A stretch of 52,753 bases of DNA from an uncultured bacterium (lineage in GTDB: Bacteria > Planctomycetota > Brocadiia > Brocadiales > Scalinduaceae). The stretch covers positions 1 to 52,753 of the forward strand of contig CAJXKT010000001.1 in assembly GCA_913055705.1 (NCBI GenBank). The letters are read 5' to 3'. Below the pieces are notes generated by a model. It searched no databases, was not told the origin of the DNA, and saw nothing but the letters and a program-made list of their open reading frames with translations. The position numbers and the translations under genes are program-made. Positions 27,571 to 38,013 of the stretch are shown piece by piece (the first letter of the stretch is position 1; every line of letters begins with the position of its first letter).

Positions 27571-28010
27571 GATAGCGTTTCTACTTCTCCTCCTGCCTCC
27601 TTAATCTTTGTAATCGCTGTCTCACTAAATTTGTGTGCAACTATAGTAAGCGATTTGGTTAGCTTCCCCTCACCCAAAACCTTTAAATCATACTTTGCAC
27701 TTCTAATCAACCTGCTATCTTGTAATTTCTGAATATCTACACGCGTTCCAGTATCAAAATTCTCGAAGTCTTTAACATTCATTATTGTATATTTCTTCTT
27801 GAAAGGATTATTAAATCCTCTTTTTGGAATTCTGCGGAACAAAGGCATTTGTCCACCTTCAAATAATAGTCGTGTTTCATTACCTGAACGCGAATTTGCA
27901 CCATTCATCCCTTTACCACTTGTCTTACCATGACCAGAGCCAGCGCCCCGTCCAATCCTTTTTCTCTTCTTCCTTTTTTGTAAGGAATTCTTAGCATCTA
28001 TTAAATTCAT
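27567..28010 (-). CDS. rplO: 50S ribosomal protein L15
   Basis: RIGRG.GSGHGKT, FEGGQMPLFRRIPKRGF. Confidence 0.97.
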   Translation of the reverse strand: MNLIDAKNSLQKRKKRKRIGRGAGSGHGKTSGKGMNGANSRSGNETRLLFEGGQMPLFRRIPKRGFNNPFKKKYTIMNVKDFENFDTGTRVDIQKLQDSRLIRSAKYDLKVLGEGKLTKSLTIVAHKFSETAITKIKEAGGEVETLS

Positions 28011-28492
28011 TCTATCTTTACACCTCTTAATTGTTCGATTTCCTGCTTAGTTCTCAAAGCCTTTAAACCCTCAGCAGTAGCCTTAACAACATTCAGAGGG
28101 TTTCTTGTGCCATAACATTTTGTTAAAATATCCGTAACACCTGCAGATTCAAGAACCGTTCTCGCTGGCATTCCCGCTTTAATACCAGTACCAGGCGCCG
28201 CAGGTTTCATAAAGACCCTTGCAGTTTTATAACACCCCCATACCTCGTGCGGTATTGTTCCATCAATAATAGGCACCGTAGCAGTGTTTCTGTTTGCATC
28301 TTTCACTGCTTTCCCAACGGCATTAGGAACCTCTCTTGCCTTTCCAAAACCATATCCCACTGTTCCCTTTTTATCACCAACTACAACCAATGCACTAAAA
28401 CTCATACTCTTACCACCCTTTGTTACATTGGTACATCTATTGATTTTTACAACTGTCTCTTCTAGTTTTTCTGTATCAGTTTTTTGTGCCAA
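28007..28492 (-). CDS. rpsE: 30S ribosomal protein S5
   Basis: INR...VTKGG, FSALVVVGD, PAAPGTG; TTG start after AGGAGG. Confidence 0.97.
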   Translation of the reverse strand: MAQKTDTEKLEETVVKINRCTNVTKGGKSMSFSALVVVGDKKGTVGYGFGKAREVPNAVGKAVKDANRNTATVPIIDGTIPHEVWGCYKTARVFMKPAAPGTGIKAGMPARTVLESAGVTDILTKCYGTRNPLNVVKATAEGLKALRTKQEIEQLRGVKIE

Positions 28493-28552
28493 AAAAACCT
28501 CCTATTGTTTAATCAAATACCCGTTTGCTTATAATATTCCATAAAAAAGCTT

Positions 28553-28921
28553 TTAGAAAACAAGGTTATTTTCCCTTGCACTATCAGCTAATGCCTTAAC
28601 CCTGCCATGATATTTATATCCACTTCTATCAAAAACTACCTTGGTAATGCCAATCTTTACAGCTTCCTCTGCAATCTTTTGGCCTACCAGTTTTGCCGCT
28701 TCTACATTTCCATTATAGGGCAATTTGTCTTTAATATCTTTTATCAATGTTGAAGCGCTGGCGAGCGTCTTGCCGGTAGTATCATCAATTAACTGACAAT
28801 ATATATTTTTTGAGCTTCTATATACGCTCAATCTAGGTTTTTCTTTATCGCCAAAAACCTTTTTTCTTATTCCTTTATGACGTTTAAGCCGCCTTCTGTT
28901 TTTTTCCTTTAAAATACTCAT
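28553..28921 (-). CDS. rplR: 50S ribosomal protein L18
   Basis: [24 protein letters not shown]. Confidence 0.97.
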   Translation of the reverse strand: MSILKEKNRRRLKRHKGIRKKVFGDKEKPRLSVYRSSKNIYCQLIDDTTGKTLASASTLIKDIKDKLPYNGNVEAAKLVGQKIAEEAVKIGITKVVFDRSGYKYHGRVKALADSARENNLVF

Positions 28922-28958
28922 ATGTTAATCTTTTGAAGCAAAAAAAATGTAAAAGAAC

Positions 28959-29519
28959 TTAAGATGCAGCAGCTACCGCCTTGCCAGCCTTCCTGCGTAT
29001 AATCTCATCATCATATTTAACACCTTTGCCTTTATACGGTTCCGGCGGACGCAAGCCTCTAATGTCTGCTGCAAATTGCCCGACCAACTGCTTATCGATA
29101 CCACTAATTGTAAATTTCCCAGGATTTGTCTGATTCGTAATTTCTACCTTTATACCCTCGGGAATTTTAACGTTAATGGGATGCGAAAACCCTAATTGCA
29201 AAACCAAACCAGCGCCCTGCATCTTAATATTATACCCTAATCCTATTATCTCCAAACTCTTTGAAAAGCCGGCAGTAACACCATGAATATTATTTGCTAC
29301 AAGCGTACGTGTCAGACCATGAAGCTCTTTGCATTTCCTCTCATCAGAAGGGCGTACTACAAGAATCTGCTTTGCCTCTTCATTAACTTCTATCTTCATC
29401 AACGGATGAATTTCCTGTGTCATCTTGCCTTTGGGACCATCAATAGTTAACATGCCGTTATCACATTTAATCTTGACACCTTCAAGAATTGGTATTGGTT
29501 TTTTTCCTATTCTAGACAT
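28959..29519 (-). CDS. rplF: 50S ribosomal protein L6
   Basis: MSRIGKKPI, GPKG, RPPEPYKGKG. Confidence 0.98.
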   Translation of the reverse strand: MSRIGKKPIPILEGVKIKCDNGMLTIDGPKGKMTQEIHPLMKIEVNEEAKQILVVRPSDERKCKELHGLTRTLVANNIHGVTAGFSKSLEIIGLGYNIKMQGAGLVLQLGFSHPINVKIPEGIKVEITNQTNPGKFTISGIDKQLVGQFAADIRGLRPPEPYKGKGVKYDDEIIRRKAGKAVAAAS

Positions 29520-29601
29520 AATTCTTATTTGTACATCTATAAAAAAAAGATTTTGGAAATATATTATCAGGAGTTAATAACTCAGCTAAATTAAAGCCCT
29601 C

Positions 29602-30000
29602 TTACCATACGGTACAAATATGCTCACCACCTATTTTATTTTCCCTACATTCCTTATTGCTCAATATCCCCTTTGAAGTCGAGTATATAGATATACCGAT
29701 ACCGTTAAGAACCTTCCCGATATCTTCCACTTGTTTATAAATTCTTCTACCTGGCTTGCTTTCTCTTTTTATATGATTAATTATTTTCTGATTTAAAGGC
29801 CCGTATTTTAAATAAACCCTCAATACACCCTGCTTATCGTCAGGAATGTTCTTGAAATCTTTTATAAAACCTTCTTTTTTCAAAACTTCCGCAATACCCA
29901 CCTTAATACGAGATGAAGGTATATTTACAGCCTCTCTCTCCACCATATTAGCATTACGTATCCGTGTCAACATATCGGCGATTGGATCTGTCATACTCAT
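29602..30000 (-). CDS. rpsH: 30S ribosomal protein S8
   Basis: [26 protein letters not shown]. Confidence 0.98.
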   Translation of the reverse strand: MSMTDPIADMLTRIRNANMVEREAVNIPSSRIKVGIAEVLKKEGFIKDFKNIPDDKQGVLRVYLKYGPLNQKIINHIKRESKPGRRIYKQVEDIGKVLNGIGISIYSTSKGILSNKECRENKIGGEHICTVW

Positions 30001-30049
30001 TTTAATGAACCCCTTTTTTTCTCAAGAAAAATCTATTTTTCATGGTACA

Positions 30050-30235
30050 TTACCAGCTTGCCTTCTTTATACCAGGTATCTCCCCTTTTGACGCAAGACT
30101 TCTAAAACATATTCTACATATTTGGAATTTTCTATAATACGCCCTAGGCCTACCACAAAGCTGGCACCTATTATATCTTCGGGTTTTGTATTTTGGTTCC
30201 CTCTTAGATTTTACTATCAATGCTTTTCTTGCCAT
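30050..30235 (-). CDS. rpsN: 30S ribosomal protein S14, short Zn-binding type
   Basis: RCQLCGRPR...CRICFR, KASW; 61 aa. Confidence 0.97.
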   Translation of the reverse strand: MARKALIVKSKREPKYKTRRYNRCQLCGRPRAYYRKFQICRICFRSLASKGEIPGIKKASW

Positions 30236-30293
30236 ATAAAACTCCGCGAGTTAGTAATCCATTATTAATTTTAAAATTCTAAAGAAAATTATT

Positions 30294-30833
30294 CTATGTC
30301 CGGAAAGGCATACCAAACAACTTGAGCATCTCATATGATTGCTCATCCGATTTCGTAGATACCACAAATGTTATATCCATACCTTGTGCAAACTCAATAT
30401 CATCAATACTTATTTCAGGGAAAACGGCCAATTCACTTATACCCATCGTATAACCCCCACGGCCATCAAATGACCCTGGCGGGAGACCGCGAAAATCTTT
30501 TATTCTAGGGAGAACTATACTTATCAGACGATCCATAAATTCGTAAGCCCTTTTATCCCTGAGTGTTACCTTGCAACCAACAGCATCCCCTTTTCTGAGC
30601 TTGAAACCAGCTATATCTTTTCTGGCCCTAGTAAGTTTTGGCTTCTGACACGCAATTACTGCTAAATGCTTCATTGCATCTTCAAGGATCTTTTTGTTTT
30701 CCTTCGCCCTTCCAAGGCCCATATTTATCACTATCTTAACCAGCTTCGGAACCTCTAGCTTGTTTTTAAAATGAAACTTCTCCATTAACTTGGATACAAT
30801 TTCATCTTGATATTTATCTAATAAACGTGCCAT
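30294..30833 (-). CDS. rplE: 50S ribosomal protein L5
   Basis: PKLVKIVINMG, GCKVTLR, LPRIKDFRG, FPEI, GMDIT. Confidence 0.97.
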   Translation of the reverse strand: MARLLDKYQDEIVSKLMEKFHFKNKLEVPKLVKIVINMGLGRAKENKKILEDAMKHLAVIACQKPKLTRARKDIAGFKLRKGDAVGCKVTLRDKRAYEFMDRLISIVLPRIKDFRGLPPGSFDGRGGYTMGISELAVFPEISIDDIEFAQGMDITFVVSTKSDEQSYEMLKLFGMPFRT

Positions 30834-30858
30834 TTTTTTAGTATTTTAGTTCTAGAAA

Positions 30859-31194
30859 TTATTCAGAAGCAATTATTTCACTTCCACATTTATAACAGAC
30901 CCTAACCTTATCACCATTTTCAAGAAGTTTCTGTTTGACTCTCACACCCTTACCGTTTTTTTCACAACTCTTATTTCTGCATATTACCAGTACATTTGAC
31001 AATGATACGGGTGCTTCCTTTTGCATGCGCCCGCCCTGTGGATTTTTCTCACTACGCTTTACATGCTTTTGAATATAATTTATCCCTTCTACAATAACCC
31101 TCATATCCTTAGTCATTATATTCAAGACCTTGCCAGTTTTACCAGCATCGTCACCTGCAATCACTTGTACTGTATCGTTTTTCCTTACATGCAT
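30859..31194 (-). CDS. rplX: 50S ribosomal protein L24 (start ATG 31194 or TTG 31206)
   Basis: KOW motif D.V.VIAG.D.GK.GKV, VEGIN, EAPVSLSNV. Confidence 0.95.
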   Translation of the reverse strand: MHVRKNDTVQVIAGDDAGKTGKVLNIMTKDMRVIVEGINYIQKHVKRSEKNPQGGRMQKEAPVSLSNVLVICRNKSCEKNGKGVRVKQKLLENGDKVRVCYKCGSEIIASE

Positions 31195-31227
31195 ATCTTT
31201 AAACAACTCTCCATCAAAACATCACAT

Positions 31228-31596
31228 TTACACCACTTCAGGTGCTAATGAAATTATTCTCATAAAATTCTTTTGTCGTAACTCTCTCGCAACTGCACCA
31301 AAAATACGAGTACCCTTAGGGCTTCCGTCATCTTCAACAATTACAATTGCATTTCTATCAAACTTTAAATAAGAACCGTCTTCACGTCTTATATTTTTCT
31401 TTGTTCTTACAATTACGCCTTTAGCCACATCCCCCTTTTTCACAACGCCACTAGGAATTGCCTTTTTTACAGCAACGACTATAACATCCCCAACAGACGC
31501 ATAAACACGCTTCGAACCACCAAGAACCTTAATACACTTAGCCATTTTAGCACCGGAGTTATCAGCAACATCCAGCATCGTTTGTTCCATTATCAT
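31228..31596 (-). CDS. rplN: 50S ribosomal protein L14
   Basis: [26 protein letters not shown]. Confidence 0.98.
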   Translation of the reverse strand: MIMEQTMLDVADNSGAKMAKCIKVLGGSKRVYASVGDVIVVAVKKAIPSGVVKKGDVAKGVIVRTKKNIRREDGSYLKFDRNAIVIVEDDGSPKGTRIFGAVARELRQKNFMRIISLAPEVV

Positions 31597-31614
31597 CTTA
31601 TCAGCTTCCTTATC

Positions 31615-31872
31615 TCACTTTATAATACGAACTAGTCTCCAACGCTTACTCTTACTTAATGGCCGTGATTCTATAATCTCCACTTTGTCTCCATTGACAG
31701 CCTTGTTTTCTTCGTCATGAGCTTTATAAACGGTCATTCTTTTAACAAACTTTCCATATCTGGGATGCTTTACGCGCCTTTCTGATTTCACAGTAATTGT
31801 CTTGGACATTTTACTGCTTGATACTACACCAATAACGGCCTTTCGCCGTTTAACATTCTTATCAGTTTCCAT
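31615..31872 (-). CDS. rpsQ: 30S ribosomal protein S17
   Basis: [29 protein letters not shown]. Confidence 0.97.
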   Translation of the reverse strand: METDKNVKRRKAVIGVVSSSKMSKTITVKSERRVKHPRYGKFVKRMTVYKAHDEENKAVNGDKVEIIESRPLSKSKRWRLVRIIK

Positions 31873-32108
31873 TATGTACTTTCTTTTTCACTCTTTTTCT
31901 CAAAGAGATTTGTGTTAATACCTAACTCTGCTTCCCTTAAAACAGTTTTTAACCTTGCAACATCTTTTCTGATTTGTCTATATTGTGCTGAATTACGCAA
32001 CTCTCCTGCCTGCCATTGAAACCTGAGATTTAACAATTCCCTCTTGCATGCCTCAAACTCTTCAAGTATTTCCTGATGCGATTTTTCTCTAATCTCACTT
32101 GCCTTCAA
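31872..32108 (-). CDS. rpmC: 50S ribosomal protein L29
   Basis: [24 protein letters not shown]. Confidence 0.95.
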   Translation of the reverse strand: MKASEIREKSHQEILEEFEACKRELLNLRFQWQAGELRNSAQYRQIRKDVARLKTVLREAELGINTNLFEKKSEKEST

Positions 32109-32524
32109 ATCGTCATTCTCCTTTTAACAAATCTTACTCTGACAGGCATCTTGTATGCGATTCTAGCAAAGGCCTGCCTTGCCATATCCTCGGGAACTCC
32201 TCCTATTTCATATAAAATAGTACCCGGCTTAACAACAGCAACCCATTTTTCAGGTTCGCCCTTACCTTTACCCATTCTTGTTTCAATAGGTTTTGATGTA
32301 ACCGGTTTGTGTGGAAATATCCTTATGACTAATTTACCTTCTCGCGAAACGTATTGTGTAGCCGCTACCCTACCAGCCTCAATATGTTGTGCCGTTATCC
32401 AACCCGGCTCAGTAGACTGTAAACCATACTCACCAAAACATACGGTATTCCCCCTCGTGGCATTACCTTTAATCTTTCCTCTTTGGGTCTTCCTAAATTT
32501 TACCCTTTTTGGCATCAACTGCAT
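32105..32524 (-). CDS. rplP: 50S ribosomal protein L16
   Basis: [23 protein letters not shown]; start likely ATG 32524. Confidence 0.97.
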   Translation of the reverse strand: MQLMPKRVKFRKTQRGKIKGNATRGNTVCFGEYGLQSTEPGWITAQHIEAGRVAATQYVSREGKLVIRIFPHKPVTSKPIETRMGKGKGEPEKWVAVVKPGTILYEIGGVPEDMARQAFARIAYKMPVRVRFVKRRMTI

Positions 32525-33170
32525 AATCAACCCCTTTTCCCAAATCAACTAATCCCTTATAAATCCATACCTTAACACCAATCGTACCGTAGCTGGTCAT
32601 AGACTCTGCAAATCCGTAATCAATGTTTGCCCTTAATGTATGCAACGGAATACTTCCTTGAGTAGATCCTTCTGTCCTTGCTATCTCTGCCCCAGCTAAA
32701 CGTCCGGAGATCTGAACCTTTACTCCCTTTGCACCCACACTCATAGTACTATCAATAGCTTTTTTGATAGTCCTCCTAAATGCCGCCCTTTTTTGTAATT
32801 GTTCAGCAATGTTCTCAGCTACTAATTGTGCTTCCAGATCCGGTTTTTCAGTCTCCTGAATCCTAATATCTACTTCTTTCTCAACTAATTTCTCGATACC
32901 TTCCTTTAATTTTTCAATTTCAGCCCCTTTACGGCCTATTATCAAACCTGGCCGTGCTGAATAGATAATGACTCTTGCACCTTCATCACGCGTTCTTTCA
33001 ATCTCTACCTTTGGTATTCCTGTGAAACGATAGTTCTTTTTAATATATTTTCGTATTTTTTGATCTTCGACCAGTAATTTACCAAATTTTTTCTTGTCTG
33101 CATACCATCGCGATCTCCAATTCTCGGTTATCCCCAGTCTAAAACCTATTGGACAAACTTTTTGACCCAT
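32493..33170 (-). CDS. rpsC: 30S ribosomal protein S3
   Basis: [36 protein letters not shown]. Confidence 0.98.
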   Translation of the reverse strand: MGQKVCPIGFRLGITENWRSRWYADKKKFGKLLVEDQKIRKYIKKNYRFTGIPKVEIERTRDEGARVIIYSARPGLIIGRKGAEIEKLKEGIEKLVEKEVDIRIQETEKPDLEAQLVAENIAEQLQKRAAFRRTIKKAIDSTMSVGAKGVKVQISGRLAGAEIARTEGSTQGSIPLHTLRANIDYGFAESMTSYGTIGVKVWIYKGLVDLGKGVDYAVDAKKGKI

Positions 33171-33244
33171 CTTTTCCTTCCTAATTAAGATTCGGAAATA
33201 AATATCACTTTAATGTAATAATCTTTTTTCACTACCCGAAAGAT

Positions 33245-33589
33245 TTATGCTAATTCCTTCCCATCTGACAGCACTAAAGATATATGACTTGTACGTTTCT
33301 TAATAGTTGCAGATACACCCCTTGCCCTGGGCCTAAACCATTTACGTACCGGACCCCCATCAACATATATTTCCTTTATATATAAAGAATCTATATCCAC
33401 ATCTTGTCTTTCGTTAGCACCTGCAATTGCAGCCCTTAACGTTTTATCTATAATGTATGAAGCCCTTCTATGTGTCAGCCTTAGTGCTTCCAGCGCATGA
33501 TTTACAGACTTCCCTCTTATCAGATCAACAACGTATCTGGCTTTTCTGGGTGATATCCTGACATATTTACAGCTTGCTTTAAAATTCAT
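33245..33589 (-). CDS. rplV: 50S ribosomal protein L22
   Basis: RISPRKAR.V.DLIRG, RPRARG, KRTSHI. Confidence 0.97.
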   Translation of the reverse strand: MNFKASCKYVRISPRKARYVVDLIRGKSVNHALEALRLTHRRASYIIDKTLRAAIAGANERQDVDIDSLYIKEIYVDGGPVRKWFRPRARGVSATIKKRTSHISLVLSDGKELA

Positions 33590-33630
33590 TTTAAAATAAC
33601 AATTTTTATGAAATTTATTTACCGCTTACC

Positions 33631-33900
33631 CTACTTCTTCTTTGTCCCGCCATGGCCTCTATATGTTCTCGTAGGAGCAAATTCTCCAAGTTTGTGCCCG
33701 ACCATATCTTCCATAATAAAAAGCTTCTGGAAAATCTTACCATTATGCACCATAAATGTATGTGACACAAATTCCGGAATAATTATACAACTGCGCGACC
33801 AAGTACGAATCGGCTGTTTATCACCTGTGTCTCTTTGCTTTAACACCTTCTTAAACAGCTTACTATCAATAAAAGGTCCTTTTTTTACAGAACGTCCCAT
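33631..33900 (-). CDS. rpsS: 30S ribosomal protein S19
   Basis: [25 protein letters not shown]. Confidence 0.98.
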   Translation of the reverse strand: MGRSVKKGPFIDSKLFKKVLKQRDTGDKQPIRTWSRSCIIIPEFVSHTFMVHNGKIFQKLFIMEDMVGHKLGEFAPTRTYRGHGGTKKK

Positions 33901-33935
33901 AGTTATACCTTCTTAATTTTTATATTTCTAAATAA

Positions 33936-34778
33936 CTAGCCTTTATTACGCCTGGACTTTCTTCTTCTTATTATAAACTTATTACTTGTCGCCTTTCTCT
34001 TCCTTGTTTTTCCACCTTTTGACAATACGCCTGTCGGAGAACAAGGATGCCTTCCACCATGGCTTCGGCCTTCTCCCCCACCCATTGGGTGAGCTACCGG
34101 ATTCATTGCAGTACCTCTTACATGCGGCCTGCGCCCCATCCATCTCTTCCTTCCAGCCTTACCTATTTTTGTGCCCATATTGTCCGTATTACCAACCTGG
34201 CCTATGGTAGCCCTGCATTCATGAAATATTTTACGTAATTCACCAGAAGGAAGGACTATCTGCACATAATTATCTTCTTTAGCTAAAACCCTTGCGACAC
34301 TACCCGCTGACTTAACAATCTTACCGCCTTCACCAGGTCTCATCTCAATATTATGTATCTCAATCCCCAAATGTATGTTCTTAAGGGGCATACAATTACC
34401 GATCTGAGGATCAATCTTTTCGCCAGAAACAACATGTTGCCCTACAGCCAGACCAGCAGGAGCCAGGATATATCGTTTCTCCCCATCCACATAATGCAAC
34501 AATGCAATGTTAGCTGAACGATTGGGATCATACTCAATACTTGCCACCCTTGCAGGAATATCATATTTATTTCTTTTAAAGTCTATTATTCTATATTTTC
34601 TTTTACTTCCACCACCCCTATGTCTAACAGTAATCTTACCTGAGTTGTTTCTTCCACCCGTTTTCGTTAAAGGCATCAACAAGCTTTTCTCTGGAGTTAC
34701 TTTTGTTATTTCTGAAAAATCAGAAACACTCCCTTGCCGCCTTCCATTTGTTGTAGGTTTATATCGTCTTATTCCCAT
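33936..34778 (-). CDS. rplB: 50S ribosomal protein L2
   Basis: [32 protein letters not shown]. Confidence 0.98.
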   Translation of the reverse strand: MGIRRYKPTTNGRRQGSVSDFSEITKVTPEKSLLMPLTKTGGRNNSGKITVRHRGGGSKRKYRIIDFKRNKYDIPARVASIEYDPNRSANIALLHYVDGEKRYILAPAGLAVGQHVVSGEKIDPQIGNCMPLKNIHLGIEIHNIEMRPGEGGKIVKSAGSVARVLAKEDNYVQIVLPSGELRKIFHECRATIGQVGNTDNMGTKIGKAGRKRWMGRRPHVRGTAMNPVAHPMGGGEGRSHGGRHPCSPTGVLSKGGKTRKRKATSNKFIIRRRKSRRNKG

Positions 34779-34807
34779 TTAGATCACACTTTCAATTAGC
34801 ATAAGGC

Positions 34808-35089
34808 TTAGTAGCCAAGATCTATCGTATCGCCTTCTTTCAGGGTTACTATTGCTTTTTTCCATCCACTTGTTTTATACACCTTATTCCTATACTTTCT
34901 ATTCTTTCCAGCTCTATTTAAAGTTCTAACAGATAAGACCTTTACATCAAACAGCTTCTCTATTGTCTCTTTTATTTGAATTTTATTCACTTTCTTATTT
35001 ACTTCAAAGTGAAACGAATTTGCCGACTCTCTATCGCCAACACTTTTTTCAGAAGATAAAGGCCTTTTTATAATATGATAATAGTCCAT
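34808..35089 (-). CDS. rplW: 50S ribosomal protein L23
   Basis: P..SEKS, NKIQIK..IEKLFDVKV, WKKAIVTL. Confidence 0.96.
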   Translation of the reverse strand: MDYYHIIKRPLSSEKSVGDRESANSFHFEVNKKVNKIQIKETIEKLFDVKVLSVRTLNRAGKNRKYRNKVYKTSGWKKAIVTLKEGDTIDLGY

Positions 35090-35124
35090 TGTAAAATTTT
35101 GAATTTAGTCAGCTTTTAGTAAAT

Positions 35125-35742
35125 TTACTTAAATTTAATGCTATCTAACACATCTTTAACTATTAATAACTTTTTGTATTTAATCACATCATAAGCATTC
35201 AAGTCCGAAGCAACACGAACCTTCAGGTTATAAATATTCCTTGAGGATTTCCATATCGTCTCATTTAGCTCTGGTATTACTATAAGACAGCTTTCTTTGA
35301 TCCCTAAAGACTTCAACAGATTCGCCATTTTCTTTGTACTTGGAGAATCAAATTCCAGCTTATCAATTAGAACTACCTGGTTATCTTGTAATTTAGACAA
35401 AATCGCAGATTGCAAGGCAACTTTTTTTGCTTTACGATTTATTGAATAAGAATAATCCCTTGGCTGAGGCCCGAAAGTTACTCCACCGCCTTTCCATAAC
35501 GGAGATCGTATGCTACCCGCCCTTGCCCTTCCAGTATGTTTCTGCATCCATGGTTTTCTACCGCCGCCCTTAACTTTTCCTCTGGTTTTAGTAGATGCTG
35601 TACCTCGCCTATGATTTGCCTCGTGCATAATTACCACATCTCTCAAAAGCTCCCTGTGAACCTTATCCCCAAATTTCTCTTCAGGCAAAGATGTATCCTC
35701 TAAAGGATTACCGCTACTATCATATACTGGTACATTTATCAT
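35125..35742 (-). CDS. rplD: 50S ribosomal protein L4
   Basis: GGGRKPW.QKHTGRARAGSIRSP.W.GGG. Confidence 0.97.
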   Translation of the reverse strand: MINVPVYDSSGNPLEDTSLPEEKFGDKVHRELLRDVVIMHEANHRRGTASTKTRGKVKGGGRKPWMQKHTGRARAGSIRSPLWKGGGVTFGPQPRDYSYSINRKAKKVALQSAILSKLQDNQVVLIDKLEFDSPSTKKMANLLKSLGIKESCLIVIPELNETIWKSSRNIYNLKVRVASDLNAYDVIKYKKLLIVKDVLDSIKFK

Positions 35743-35744
35743 GA

Positions 35745-36377
35745 TTAACTATATCTACTCTTTCTTATAATTACATATCCGCCATTTGGGCCAGGAACAG
35801 CACCTTTGACAAACATCAAATTCCTGTCTTTATCTATTTTAATAACATCCAGGTTTCTTACAGTACATTTATCACCACCCATTCTACCTGCCATTTTTTT
35901 TCCCTTCAACACACGCCCAGGATCAGTACCGGCACCAACAGAACCAGCACTTCTAGGTGTAGTACAACCGTGCGTAGCGGGCCCACCGTGGAATCCCCAT
36001 CTTTTCATAACACCAGCAAAACCTTTACCCTTGCTGGTACTGGTTACATCAATCACCTCCACACCGTCAAAAACATCAACTGTTAATACCTGCCCAAGCT
36101 CATATTTCGCATCCAAAGGATCATCACGGAATTCCCGCACTAATTTTTTCACACCCGTTTTTGCCTTTGAACAATGTCCTATTTCAGCTTTAGTCGCCCT
36201 TTTCTTTTTCCGCTCTCCAAAACCAACCTGTATAGCTGAATATCCATCGTTTTCCTTGTTTTTTATCTGCAGGATATTACATGGACCTGCCTGTATCAGA
36301 GTCACAGGAACTAAATTACCCTCTTTATTAAACATTTGGGTCATTCCCAATTTTTTACCTAATAAACGAGCTACCAT
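35745..36377 (-). CDS. rplC: 50S ribosomal protein L3
   Basis: KKLGMTQ, SKGKGFAG, KGKKMAGRMG, VKGAVPG. Confidence 0.98.
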   Translation of the reverse strand: MVARLLGKKLGMTQMFNKEGNLVPVTLIQAGPCNILQIKNKENDGYSAIQVGFGERKKKRATKAEIGHCSKAKTGVKKLVREFRDDPLDAKYELGQVLTVDVFDGVEVIDVTSTSKGKGFAGVMKRWGFHGGPATHGCTTPRSAGSVGAGTDPGRVLKGKKMAGRMGGDKCTVRNLDVIKIDKDRNLMFVKGAVPGPNGGYVIIRKSRYS

Positions 36378-36439
36378 TTATAATTTACCTTAAAATCCAG
36401 CTAGAAAAATTTTTAGTATTTAAGAAGCCTGGTTCATTC

Positions 36440-36757
36440 CTACGCTTTTATTTTTACTTCTATTCCCGCAGGCATATTAAGCTTGTTCAAAGCATCAACA
36501 GCCTTCGGCGTTGGCTCAATAATATCTATCAACCGTTTGTGTGTCCTCATTTCAAACTGCTCTCTGGACTTCTTATCAACGTGCGGTGAACGAAGAACTG
36601 TATACCTCTCCATACGCGTTGGTAATGGTATCGGCCCGGACACCTTTGCTCCCGTACGCTTGGCAGTTTCTATTATATCTGCAGCCGACTGATCAAGAAT
36701 CCTGTGATCATAAGCTTCCATACGAATTCTAATTTTAAAATCTATTTCATTTCCCAT
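36440..36757 (-). CDS. rpsJ: 30S ribosomal protein S10
   Basis: [29 protein letters not shown]. Confidence 0.98.
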   Translation of the reverse strand: MGNEIDFKIRIRMEAYDHRILDQSAADIIETAKRTGAKVSGPIPLPTRMERYTVLRSPHVDKKSREQFEMRTHKRLIDIIEPTPKAVDALNKLNMPAGIEVKIKA

Positions 36758-36770
36758 AGCTCAAATAGTA

Positions 36771-37973
36771 TTATTCAATAATTTTAGTAACAACACCCGC
36801 TCCTACCGTCTTCCCACCTTCTCTTATCGCAAACCTCAACTCCTTATCCATCGCTATCGGAGTTATCAACTCTATCTGCAAATTAGCATTGTCACCAGGC
36901 ATCACCATCTCTGCTCCACCCAACAACGTCGCCACTCCTGTCACATCCGTCGTCCTGAAATAAAACTGCGGACGATATCCATTAAAAAACGGAGTATGCC
37001 GGCCACCCTCTTCCTTCGTCAATATATACGCCTCTGCCTCAAACTTGGTATGCGGTGTTATACTGCCAGTCTTTGCCAACACCTGACCTCGCTCCAAATC
37101 ATCCTTCTCAACTCCCCTTAACAACACACCTACATTATCCCCTGCCATACCCTCCTCAAGCGTCTTATTAAACATCTCCACTCCTGTTACCACCGTCTTT
37201 CTTATCTCCTTTACCATACCCACTATCTCTACCTCGTCGCCTACCTTCAATACACCTCGCTCCATCCTGCCCGTACCTACCGTACCTCTGCCCTTTATAC
37301 TGAATACGTCCTCTATCGACATCAAAAACGGCTTGTCTGTCTCTCTCACAGGATCTGGTATATAAGTGTCCAGCGCATCCATCAACTTATGTATTGGACC
37401 ACACTGCTCACACTCATTCTTACCACAACCACACTCCGCAGCCTTCAGCGCTGAACCCTGGACCACAGGTATATCATCTCCGGGAAACTCATATTTGCTC
37501 AATAACTCCCGGATCTCTAACTCCACCAATTCCACCAACTCAGGATCATCCAACTGATCAATCTTGTTCATAAACACCACTATCTTCGGCACTCCTACCT
37601 GTCTCGCAAGAAGTATATGCTCTCGTGTCTGAGGCATAGGACCATCAGGTGCACTTACCACCAGTATCGCACCATCCATCTGCGCTGCTCCGGTTATCAT
37701 ATTCTTTACATAATCAGCATGGCCTGGACAATCAACATGGGCATAATGCCTCTTTTCTGTCTCATACTCAACATGCGCTATCGCTATCGTTATTCCACGC
37801 TCCCTCTCCTCCGGCGCATTGTCTATTGAATCAAATGCCCTCTCTTTCGCAAATCCATCCTTCGATAATATGTGTGTTATCACTGACGTTAACGTCGTCT
37901 TGCCGTGATCTACATGCCCTATCGTTCCCACATTCACATGCGGCTTTGTCCTCTCAAATACTTCCTTGGCCAT
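36771..37973 (-). CDS. tuf: Elongation factor Tu (copy in the str operon)
   Basis: [34 protein letters not shown]. Confidence 0.99.
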   Translation of the reverse strand: MAKEVFERTKPHVNVGTIGHVDHGKTTLTSVITHILSKDGFAKERAFDSIDNAPEERERGITIAIAHVEYETEKRHYAHVDCPGHADYVKNMITGAAQMDGAILVVSAPDGPMPQTREHILLARQVGVPKIVVFMNKIDQLDDPELVELVELEIRELLSKYEFPGDDIPVVQGSALKAAECGCGKNECEQCGPIHKLMDALDTYIPDPVRETDKPFLMSIEDVFSIKGRGTVGTGRMERGVLKVGDEVEIVGMVKEIRKTVVTGVEMFNKTLEEGMAGDNVGVLLRGVEKDDLERGQVLAKTGSITPHTKFEAEAYILTKEEGGRHTPFFNGYRPQFYFRTTDVTGVATLLGGAEMVMPGDNANLQIELITPIAMDKELRFAIREGGKTVGAGVVTKIIE

Positions 37974-38013
37974 CCCTTTTCTACCTCCAAAAACAACTTA
38001 AAGATTGTCTGAA

